Origin: the human T2T-CHM13v2.0 reference genome, Homo sapiens
Length of the DNA: 64,000 nucleotides
Assembly: GCF_009914755.1 (NCBI RefSeq)
Contig: NC_060930.1
Strand: one strand, 5' to 3'
Under the pieces are notes generated by a model. The model was not told where the DNA came from. It saw only the letters and a program-made list of their open reading frames with translations, and ran no database searches. Shown in pieces: positions 52,841 to 64,000 of the stretch. Positions within the stretch are counted from its first letter, which is position 1; each line of letters begins with the position of its first letter. A program made the position numbers and the translations under genes.

Positions 52841-54204
52841 TAGTCTTGAAAGGAGGAGAGCAGGGGACAGCTAGAAAGGGTTGTAGAATAGAGAGATTTT
52901 GTGAGGATGTCAGCAGTTAGCGCAGATCTGTACGGCAAGGGACGTGAGTTAGTAACTTGAAAGAAAATGCAGATATGAGGGCGCTAGAATCGCCAGTGAC
53001 CCAGGGGCATTGAGGAGATGGAGAAGCTGCGCATAGAGCACAGACAGACCCGATCCTCAGGCAGGGAGCGGGGTGGGAAGACAGAGGAGCACTCTGTGTG
53101 AGTGAGTGTCTAATGGCCCAGAAGACAGATGGGCAGGGAGTGAGGGAGGCAGCTCTGCGCTGGCCCCCAGGAGTGGGGCCAGAGCTAACGCTGCAGGCTC
53201 CATTGCTTGCAATGTGTCTTTGGGCAGAAGCAAGAGGGGAGGAAGCGTTGCCGGGGAGTGTGGCAGAACGCATAAGGGGACCTGGGCTGGGTCAGGCCAT
53301 GTTCAGCTCTGGGCCAGGAGCATAGGGTCACTGACCCCCTCTCAGCCTGTCGATCTCCAGTCCGAGGCCAGGCTTGTGGTGGGAGGGTGGGGATGGGGTG
53401 CAGGGGACCTTGCTGTGGATGCAGTTGCTGAGAGCTCTAAAGCTTAGTTCTCTCTTTAAAAGCTGTCACTTAAAAGCTTTACACCCTCTGAATTTCAGTC
53501 CCAAAAAACAAATAGGATGTCACTACATAGCATGATGGCCTTGCTTCAAGTCCTCGTGCTGAGATCACAAGCCGGGCAACTTCAAGCAAGTCGTTAACCT
53601 TTCTTCTCTATAGAGTGGGATAATGCTTCCTACAGTCCTGTCCTACTTCAGAAGGAAGCCAGGATGAAATGCGATCATGTGGAAATGCTAAGCCCGCCTT
53701 AGCGGGTTTCATTACCATGAGGTGGCGAATGGCATCATAGACAGTGGATGCGGTGAGGGCCGGATCACTGCTGGTTACCCACGAGATGAAAATGCTTTAC
53801 CCATGACGTCAGCGAGGGCTCCACAACCAACAAGCCTCCACTTACCCCTTGTTTGGTTTGCAAGTCCCCTCCGCAAGCTTGGAAAGCTGTGCCATCACAG
53901 TGACAGGTCACCTGCAGAACTCATGGCCCCTCCAAACTTCTGCCTCTGACTTGATGGAAGTTTCCCAGACTGTACAGTATGGTGTCATCTCAGGCTTTTC
54001 AGAGCCCCAGAACAAAACCACAATTCTTAAGGAAGACATGCCCGCTTCAGAGCAAAACCCCAGAGCCCCTTAATGATTTCTCCTTTCCAGAAATCCATAA
54101 TATTCTTCTTAGCCAAGATCCACCCTCCATCTGGGCACAACCTGCAGTAAAAGGTGGTTTGTGGGCAATGAAGGAAGGACATGAACCCAAGTCACCAACT
54201 GGCG

Positions 54205-54410
54205 TGACTTTTGTGGAGCATTATTTGCCAATCCCTACCTAGGCACTTTGCGTGTGTAATTTCAAATCCTTACAGCTCTAAGGTCTAGTATTATTCCCAT
54301 GATAGTCCAAGGTGGATAGAAACACGAGGAAATCGAGGCTCAGACAGTAAATTGCCCAAGGCTGCCTGGCTCATATGATGCCGCTGAGATTGGAACCCAG
54401 TTTATTTGCC
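54205..54410 (-). mobile_element. MIR SINE
   Basis: aggcactttg...atccttacagc...ttattcccat...gaggaaatcgaggctcaga...aaattgcccaagg...gattggaacccag. Confidence 0.75.
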
Positions 54411-55729
54411 CCCACGGGCAACACTGCCTCTGTGCATGGTGCACATCACAAAGAAAACTGACCAGATATCTATGTGTTGCTTGGGTTATAGCCTTTAATC
54501 CATATCACAGGACTCAGAGACCTCAGGGGCCCCACTACAGGGAAGCTGGCCATTTGCTCACTGTCAGACCTACTTGGTGACCAGTGGGTGGGAATGAGGA
54601 TGGACCCAAAGGTGAGTGGCTCCGGGGCTGGTCCAGCCTGGCTGCCTGATTGAGCAGTTGCACTTCTCGTCTTCAGGAACTTAGACGTCCACCATGGAAT
54701 CATTTTCACCATTTGGCTACTCATTCAGCTTCGCTCGGCTGCAGAATTCAGGTGGGAATGCACATTCTGACAAAGTCATGGAGAAATACCTTTCCATGGG
54801 GCCCTGGGACAGGATGTGCTAAGGTTCAAGTTCATGTTTTTTCCCAGACTCTGACCACGTGCTGTGGAATGTCAGCCATGCACATTTTGGTCCATTTTAT
54901 AACATGACTTGAGGACATCAGTCAGGATTTAAGCTCCCAGACGGGCTGTGGTGATGTCATATCTAGGCCCAAACTAGCCAGCAGAGGCGAAAGATTAACT
55001 GTCCTCATTATGACCTTTATAAATTCTGGTTCATAAAACCAATAAGACACCCAGGCAGGAATGGCAGGACCATGATCACTCTCCTTGGGTGAATAAGGTC
55101 CATCTGCTTTTGGCCAGACCTCTGTGCCCTCACCAGAGGCACAGGTTAATAATCAGCAAATTAACCTGTGGCTTAGGTGCCATACATTGAACCTAGTTAT
55201 TTTATGAGTTAACGTATGAAGCAAGCATGCATACGTGAGTGCACACACCCACACGCGTGGTTGTAATTGCTATGATAACCAGCCAATCTTACAAAAACAT
55301 CAGTCTATTCGGGATGGAAATTTGTCATATGTTAACACAGAAGAACATATGACTAATGTGTTGAATGAAGAATGCAACCTTTTCCATCCTTTGAAATAAA
55401 AAGTTTTCAAGACATGAATCAAGATTTGTGTTAGATCCCCCCACACCCTAATATATATCACATACACATATACACACTTACACAAGAGAAGAGCAAATAT
55501 GTTCTTAATCTCCCATCCAGGGAAGCTCAAAATCTCTGTGAAACAAATCTGTCTTATTTACTAATGACTTACATCTGAATAATGCTTCACAGTTTTCAAA
55601 ACCTCTTTTCCAGCACCCTCTCACTGGATACTTACACAGGCCTAGTAGGAGCTGCTATCCTCATCTTTACAGGAGATGAGCTGATATTTTAAAAAGTGGC
55701 GTGAAGGAAGTAGTTCCGGAGGGAATGCC

Positions 55730-55880
55730 TGCTGTGCGACCTTCTAGCCATGTGGCCTGCTACAGTTGTTTAACATCTTTGGATCATAATTTCCTCATCT
55801 AAAATGGGAGGACAACATCTACCCCAGTGGACTGTGGTGAGAGTTTGTCAGAAAGTACCCAGTATGTGTTTGAAAGTGGA
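55730..55880 (+). mobile_element. MIR SINE
   Basis: ttctagccatgtggcc...tttaacatct...tttcctcatctaaaatggga. Confidence 0.65.
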
Positions 55881-56849
55881 CAAGTTATTTTACTAATAAA
55901 GAAAAGGGCCCAGAGAGGGTGGGTGACCGGAGGAAGGCAGCAGCATGGGGGCGGCCACACCTGTCCTGAGAAAAGCCTCAACTCCTTCCTCTCTTGACCC
56001 CACCATCAGTCCCCTCTTGCTGGAAGGTGGTATCCCCTGCTGGCACGTCCTCCTTGACCACTCAGGCTGTGCTGTGCCTCCTCCTCTGAGCTGTGGCCAT
56101 CCCTCCTTGGGCCTCTATCCTGGCTTGGGCCAGGCAGCCGTCTCACCTGCCAAACTCTGACTGACAGCCCCTGGTCCACTGCACCTTATCGAGGTTTGAA
56201 GGAAGGAAGGGCAAGAATCCGTCAGCTAAGGTGTCAGCGGCAACATCAAAGCTCTTTGCTTTCCTGGCAGGTGATACCCATGCAATCAAAAACAGTGGTT
56301 CTTTGTTTAAAACGTACAGATGTAAAGGTTTCTCTCAGCTCTCTCATTATTTTCTCTCTTTTATTGCCAAGAAATTATTCATTTTAGCTATACACTCTCC
56401 CTATAATATTTAACCCACTTCTTCATTATCAGCCTGAAGGCAACAAGGAGCAACTTGTCAAGGTTTACCCCAAATAACTCCTGCTCCATTGTCCTCCCTA
56501 AGCCAAGCAGCTGCAGCTTAGCATCGGGCTTCCTACAAGCCAGAAGAGGACTTAGACTCGGTCAGCCGCCAGCTCCTCATTTCATAGACACCAAAAGTGA
56601 GGTGTGGAGTGCTAAGGAACACTCAACTACTCTTTTATTGTTCATAGGACTTATTTTTTTTATCACTATAATTGTTTTTCTCCTGTTCTCTTTTGTGTCA
56701 TTGCCAGCTTTACTACACTGTTTTTAAAATGTAGAGATGAAATCTGGGCGTAATGGTCTGAAATAGTCATCAGTTTTTAAAAAGTGCCCAGCCAATTCTA
56801 CTTAGGGATGCTAGTGGAATTTACCATGAGATGAGTCACGATCTCTCTC

Positions 56850-57740
56850 ATCATCTTCATCAACAACGGAATGCTCCCTATGTGCCAGCGAGCGTCCTAG
56901 GCACATGGGAATCAGACTTTATAAGTCCTGGTCCCTGTTATCCAGCAGTGCCCAATTTAGAAGGAGATGGCCATGTAAATACATAATTACTGGAGAGATG
57001 TGTACATGAAATCACAGCTAAAATATTCCTTAAACATTGTTTTGGCTCTGGGTACACAGATGGACCCACATAATGATGAGAAAGGTGCATAGGGGGCTAT
57101 AAAGACGGGAGTGAGACCCTGCGTGAGAAAATCAAGGAGCACTTTATAAAGAAGACATGACCGTGCTTGTTAAAGGAGGAGGAGAAGCTCAGCAGGCAGA
57201 CAGGAGAAGGAAGGGTGCCAGGGGAGAGAGGCATCAAGCCTTCAGTTGGGTGGGAGCGGCAAATGGCCAGGTGATGGGGTAGGGGCAAATAAAGGGGCCT
57301 TTGGCCAAACTTGACCCTGACGGCCACCCAGGTGCCTTACAGGGCACAGTGCAGATGTGATATATTTTAGAAGAAGCAATATAGAGATTGTATTTTAAAC
57401 ATGTAAACCTGCAAGGGGAAACCAGAGTTGTCCAAGTGAGAGATGGTGAGGACTGGAATTAAGGCAACCACAGCAGGGAAGAGGTAGGTGCCCCGAGGAG
57501 AGGGATGGCGAGGAGGTGGGACTTACGCAACTGTCCAGAAAAGTGATGGCCCCAAGTTTCCGGGCTGGGTAGCGTTCTGAATGGTGTGGCCAACTCCCTA
57601 CACAGAGGAGACACTGGTGGGGCAGACACAAGGTGAACTGTGCTCTTGATGAGTCTGGGGTATAAATCAGGGGTAGTGGCAGGTGTACAGCAGGGCACTG
57701 AACACGGGAATACGGAGCTGAGGATAACTCTTGGAGTGAA
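56850..57740 (-). mobile_element. L2 LINE remnant
   Basis: aatgctccctatgtgccag...tcctaggcac...ggtccctg at the start; degenerate L2-like sequence follows. Confidence 0.55.
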
Positions 57741-59487
57741 AATCACCACAATTCTGTCAAAATGAGGGCGAGACTGCATTCCAATCTAGATCCTAAGGTT
57801 TTCCTGGGATTTGATACCCTACAACTTCACACTCCTGCCCTAATACTGCCATCCTTACCTTTGTATTTCTTTGTCACTCAGCACACTTCTGGCTATTATG
57901 CTGCTCGGGAAATATAAAATTCAATAGTGGCTTTGGGTTTATCCTTGCAACTAAAAAACTGTGTCTACATTTAGAAATGTCTGGGCCTATGCGAGTCTGA
58001 GTTTGATCATAAGTACTAATACAGAGCCATGTGCTGACTTTTCAATACTCTCCACAAGGTAATAGGTAGCTGGGGCTCTGCCTGATTGCAGCCAACAGCA
58101 CTGAAGACAGCCCAGGAGCTGCTGAGTAAACTGGAACAAACCATGGTGGATGTTACAGAGGCTTCTGATCCTTTTGTGAGTTTTGGTCATAGCTACATAA
58201 AACATTCAGTAAACTATATTATTAGGGGTGAACTGTGGATCCTGTTCCATTGTATTTAATACGTAGATTTAGGGGGAATCACCGTCATCGGAAAACATCA
58301 CTAAACACCTCCACACACATCTTCCTTCAGATCAGATAACTACAAAATTGGGACTTCATATTCCAAGTAATTGTAATCTAACACATTTGAACTTCAATAA
58401 TGCCTCCTCGAAAACCAAGTGGTTGAGGAAAGAGTGGGGATGTAGAGATGAAATGTCTGCAGAAAGAGTGGAAAAGTGGCCTCCCCACAGGGCTCATAAT
58501 GGAGCTTAGGTAAGTCAGGTCACTGTGAGTTACTTTTAAAGGCTGTAGACCCCTTGTTTCCTATGCTCTTCACAGAGAGAGCATTCAGATTCGGAGGTGA
58601 GGCTTTTCCAGCCCAGTGTGAATTCACGTGACCCCCTGCTCATTTTTGCATTGCATTTTGTCTCCTGACCATGTGTCTCGCTGTAGCCTACTGCATGTTC
58701 TTATGTCTGTGACCATTACTCAACTGTGGGCCCTGGACGTGAGGGACAACATGCAGTGTTCCAGGCCTCGCAGCCCAGCTCGTGGAAGATGCTTAAAAAA
58801 CAACTGGGTGGGAAGCCCACTTGCTTTTTTGTCATCATGCAGTGAATATCGAGTCCACTGCTTTGCCTCATGGACTCAGAAACAACTCTTCACAATTTAA
58901 CAAACATCCATTGAATCCTTGGTACAATTTTTGCAAAGCCTTGTTCTCATGGCAAGATGCAAAGAGAATAAACAAGCATTGTCCCTGGCCTCACGGTGCA
59001 TGCACTAAGTAAAGGAGGTGAAACTTGTCCCCAAATAATAATGCATGTATTTATTTCATTGTGGTTATTCATGTGTTTATATTCTGATTTTATGCCAAAA
59101 GAGATTTCAGGTAGCTTACAAAACTGCACACAATAAGTCAAGAGAAAATAAAATATAAAATAAATAGATGAAAAAATCTACACAAAGGAGAAAGAGGGAA
59201 GAAAAACAAGATGAAACTGGAAATGAGGGTAATACACTATGTTGTTGCTATAAGATCCTCTAAATTTTTTAAAGAAGAGACAGAAATTTGACTGCTAAGC
59301 TTCTAGAAATGAGTGAGAAGAGGGAACTACAATTATCTGGGGTACCAAGTGCTTGCCGTATATGGAAGGGTACAACTGATTCCTAGAGATGCCCTGGGCT
59401 TTGATTCTCACCCCAATGCCTGTGTCAGACCCTGCAATATTTGAGACAAAGGGAATCTTGACTCTAAACAAATAAATACAAATTATT

Positions 59488-59784
<297 letters not shown>

Positions 59785-61319
59785 TTAACTGTCAGAAATT
59801 TTGAACACCATTCGTATCTATCGTTTTTTCTTAAACAATCGAAAATCATTTCAAAAACAAATACTGCATAAGGAAAAGATGATTTGAATAAAGAAATAGC
59901 ATCTGTACATGAGAGATTCAGGACAGAAAATAGAGAAGTGTCTCGGGCATTTTCCTTGGGTAATACACATCTGTCTTTTAATTCTTAGACATGGGCTTCA
60001 ACCATGCTTTTGAGATAGCCCTGTGATTGCTCTATGACTATTTTCCCAGTCTCTAATCAACTTTCATGAATTTATACACAAGAGAAGTGATTCCCATGTT
60101 TCATTTGATGTGTAAATAGATGGGTAGCTGTTTTCACCACAAACTCTGCCTCCTCTTGGGTTTCACAATAGCACTCCCCAAAACTGCACTCTGCTAACCT
60201 TCCTGTAAGACATCACACCTCTGTTAATATTAAACACACACAGAGCAGCTCTGGTGTCGATGCTGAGCAGTGAAGCATCACACAGAAAGATGTCCAAGGT
60301 TAGGAGACAATGTGGGTGAAAGACACTGATCATCATACAAAATATGTAGGGAAGTGGCACAGAAAGGTTGGTATTAGGTGAGTTGGTCGGTGGCAGTGCC
60401 CCTCCTCCATCAGGGAATGACAGAGATGCCTGCTCTTAGGAGAGTATTGGAGAAACTAGGAGAAGATGACTCATCAAGAGGCATGATATTAGCGAAGAGT
60501 ATTGTGCAGGATTCACCAGCATGCCTATGCAAAATGTCAGGTTTAAATGAAACCATCGCAGGTCATTGTATTTTACACAGTATTGACATCAAACCCATCG
60601 GACTGTGGTGGATGGTGTCACTCACACTTGCTGTAACACAAGCAGCTCGCCTTAGTACCATTTTAAAACAATGTCACCATGAAGCCACCACTACCACCCA
60701 CTATCACAATGGGGGTCTCTTACCTACATAGATTTCTAGAAAATGGGCCAAACATTTTCAACACGCTAATTTTCTTTTGACCAAGGAGGAACAAAATCAG
60801 ACATGCAGCTCCAAAATTTTCACCATGTGAGGCGTCATGACTCAGACAGAGAGAGATTTCATGTGATTCTTTAAGTGACCTACCCTGACCACGTGACATG
60901 GAAAACTTCAGTTGTGTCTAACTGGGGCTTCCTTGTAAACAAGGGATTTTAAAATGTTTTGAAGATGATTAACAGATCAAAAAGGAAAACACATAAGATT
61001 ATATCTATGAGCAAAAAAGATGTGATAAATTTTTATCTCTAACATCTACTCTTGATTAAAAGGAAAATGATCAATAAAGTCCTGAGGCAAAGACAGAGAA
61101 GGCAGAAGGCAGAGCCTGTAGGGCCCCACTGACCAGGCTGCGGGCTTGAACCTGCACCCTGTGGTCAATGGGAATCCATCTTAAGGTTGAATGCAGCTCT
61201 CTGTTGGTACCAGGTTTGCACTTAAGAATCATCACCCTGATGAAACCTCCCTGTCTCTACCCAAAGCCAGCACTATGATGAGTGAAAAACAAAAGAAGCA
61301 TTCCCATAAAGTCTTCATC

Positions 61320-61510
61320 ATTGTCCTCATTTAATGACATTCTGGAAGCATTTGACAATGCCATCAGATGAGAAAGATATGAGGTATAACGTTTGGAAAA
61401 GGAAAGTAAAATTACCCTTCTGCAAATCATGTTATGAAGAACTACCTGAGAAAATAATATGAAGAACAAATGTAAGTAACAGAAATCAATAAGGTGGCAG
61501 AGTACAAATT
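61320..61510 (+). mobile_element. Ancient L1M ORF2 (RT region) remnant, apparently continuing at ~62850-62965
   Basis: Degenerate match to the L1 ORF2 segment [38 protein letters not shown]...KVAGYKI. Confidence 0.55.
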
Positions 61511-61539
61511 AGCTTTCAAACTTCCTCTTCTTCTTCCTC

Positions 61540-62790
61540 TTCCCCTGACAAGATAAGCAGCTCTGCCAAAGATAGAGGAGGAGGGTGGTGGCTCAGGTGT
61601 CACAGCCTGGAGGGGGTAGGGACAGTGTCCTCACTGGGGAGGGCGTGGCAGCGGTTATGGGAGATTGGCTACACCCAGACAATTGTTCAAATAAGACACA
61701 GCTGTAGCTATAGCGATGGAGGAGAAGAGAGGTACAAACACTAACAAGGAGAAACTAGAAGTAGCCCAGTTGTACTGGGTGAAATGAAGGTGTTGATACG
61801 AATTCCTGGTTTTGACTATATTAGGCTGGCGCAAAAGTAATTGCGGTTTTTGCCATTAATGACCAAAACCGCAATTACTTTTGCACCAACCTAATAGATT
61901 AAATACAGAAAAAAATACAGCTATAAATGTATTTGTATATGTATACATGTCTCATCTCTAAACAGAGAGAGATCGAGATAGAAATGTATACATTGAAAGA
62001 CACAGAAGCCACCCTGAAGGAGCTCCCACTGCCCAAACCTGGGACAATTTAAGCTTCAAAGTAAATTAAATAATGTGTTATAAACCATTGAATAAAATAG
62101 GAAACCATAAGTCCATACTCATGTAAATCAGCAAGTGGATAATTGAAGAAGTTTGGAGAAAAAGAAAATGTTTACATGATTTCAGAGTAGCTACTCCCAA
62201 ATTCCTTCATAATGACAAAGGGAAAGAGTGTAATTTTACAGTGGAGACTGTTGGAAGACACTAACTTAAGCTAGTGACCAAGTGGTCAAAGTAAACACCG
62301 TCAGTAATAGGACAAATGGACACAGCATCATTTTTATGATATTTCCCCCAGCAGGCATCACTTCGATCTAACCATGAGTATATACCAAAACAGACTCAAA
62401 CCAAGAGACAATCTTTAAAATCATTTGCTCAAAATCTTCAAAACCACAAGTCATGGAAGCCCACGAAAGACTGAGAGGTTGCTCCAGACTGAAGGAAACC
62501 AAAGAGACAAATGCTATGTGTGGTTCTGGAACAGATCTTTTTGCTATCAAAGATGTTATTAGAACAACTGACAAAACCTGAATGAGATTTGAAGATTAGA
62601 TGGTAGAGATGTATCACGATTATTTTCCTGATTTTGGTAGTTGTAAGGTGATCAATGTAAGAGAATGTCTTGGTGTGTAGAAAATGCACACTAAATTATT
62701 TGGGGTAATGGTTCAGACAAAAAAATTTCTACTGTACATGCATGTTTTATATAAGTTTGAGATCATTTCAAAATTTAAATATGTTTTTTA
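61540..62790 (+). mobile_element. L1MC3/4-like 3' UTR
   Basis: aaggagctcccactgcccaaacctgggacaattt...gactgagag...ccagactgaaggaaac...taagagaatgtctt...taagtttgagatcatttcaaaa. Confidence 0.7.
61821..61894. mobile_element. MADE1 MITE (miR-548-type hairpin) with TA TSD
   Basis: TA-ttaggctggcgcaaaagtaattgcggtttttgccattaatgaccaaaaccgcaattacttttgcaccaacctaa-TA. Confidence 0.95.
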
Positions 62791-63133
62791 AAATATCCAT
62801 AACAGTTATCATATATAAAAAAACTGTTTAAAAGATTTAATAGAAGAAATGACTCCATTTATAAGTTCAATAAAAAGGTAAACATAGCTAAAAATAAACT
62901 TAGAGGAAAGAAGCCATATCTATATGAAGAAAACTTTGAAACAGTACCGAATTAAACAAAAGATTTATTTCTTGTTATATATCTTTTTGTCTTTTGAATT
63001 TTTGCCAATTGCATTTATTTTTTATTTAAGAATAAGTGAATAGAATTACAACAACAAAAACAGTGCATTGGAGAAAGTATTATCAGAACATGAATTGGAC
63101 CCCATTATTCTGATAATGAAAAAAAAATTTTTC

Positions 63134-63420
<287 letters not shown>

Positions 63421-64000
63421 GGAAACTTCCAATTTGCTTTTTGAACCTAGTAGAAATCGCTATAAAGAAATCACTGTTAAATTTTTTTTAAATGGCACAG
63501 AAATGGATTCTGATTGTTAAATACATGATTGAACATGATGGAGACCCCTCATTGACTCGTGAGCACCTCAAGCTGGAAGTTCAAGGCCATCCATGATTCA
63601 ATTCAGTCAAGCTTAGGAGAAATGATTCACTCCCTTCCAGAAACCTCTGCAACACACTGGACGACCTCACTTAAGGGCTCATGCCACACCTTCTTACCTT
63701 CCTATAAGACTGAAAATTCCTTCAGGGCTGGGAAAATAAACTCTTGCCCATCATCCATTGCCACTTTCTGGGTCTTTGCACACAGGAAACATGTGACTGT
63801 GCGACTGTACGTTTCATTTTCATTTCTCTCTTGGTCCAAACTCAGGCCCAGACTGTCAAAAGTGCCTTGCCAATTAAGAACCAAGTTTTACGTATGTATT
63901 TTACTGAAGATGGGAGAAAAAGAAGAAGCAAAACAATAGTAATTTACTGCTTCTGATTTTTCAAAAGAGAATGCAAAAGTTTAAATCTTCAGGCCTGGGA

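Noticed and set aside
53687-53709. Two mutually exclusive small hairpins (gctaag/cttagc versus aagcccgc/gcgggttt)
   Set aside because: Stems of 6-8 bp are expected by chance in 64 kb; the same applies to the hairpins at 11568-11591 and 13149-13171

Overview
Primate (almost certainly human) intronic or intergenic genomic DNA: CpG-depleted and rich in Alu, L1, L2, MIR, MaLR/ERVL LTRs and Tigger/hAT/mariner MITEs. I could not recognise any known protein-coding exon or assign a gene. Nearly all ORFs in the track come from repeats or chance. Repeat family calls rest on recalled consensus sequences, not a database search. The most unusual unique sequence is a small CpG-rich block at the window centre (~32.5-32.9 kb). 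It carries two long overlapping antiparallel ORFs, each followed by AATAAA, plus promoter-type motifs. Other points of interest: a ~116-bp non-tandem duplication (6.9 and 8.6 kb) containing an ISRE-like motif; two MADE1 (miR-548-type) hairpins; three Tigger MITEs stacked in a TA/CA microsatellite; three minisatellites (45-46, 59-60 and 62 bp units); a left-arm-duplicated Alu; a 5'-inverted L1 with a nested AluY; two long polypurine tracts; and several nuclear-receptor elements (DR0, IR1, DR4). I found no evidence for a novel multi-gene system.
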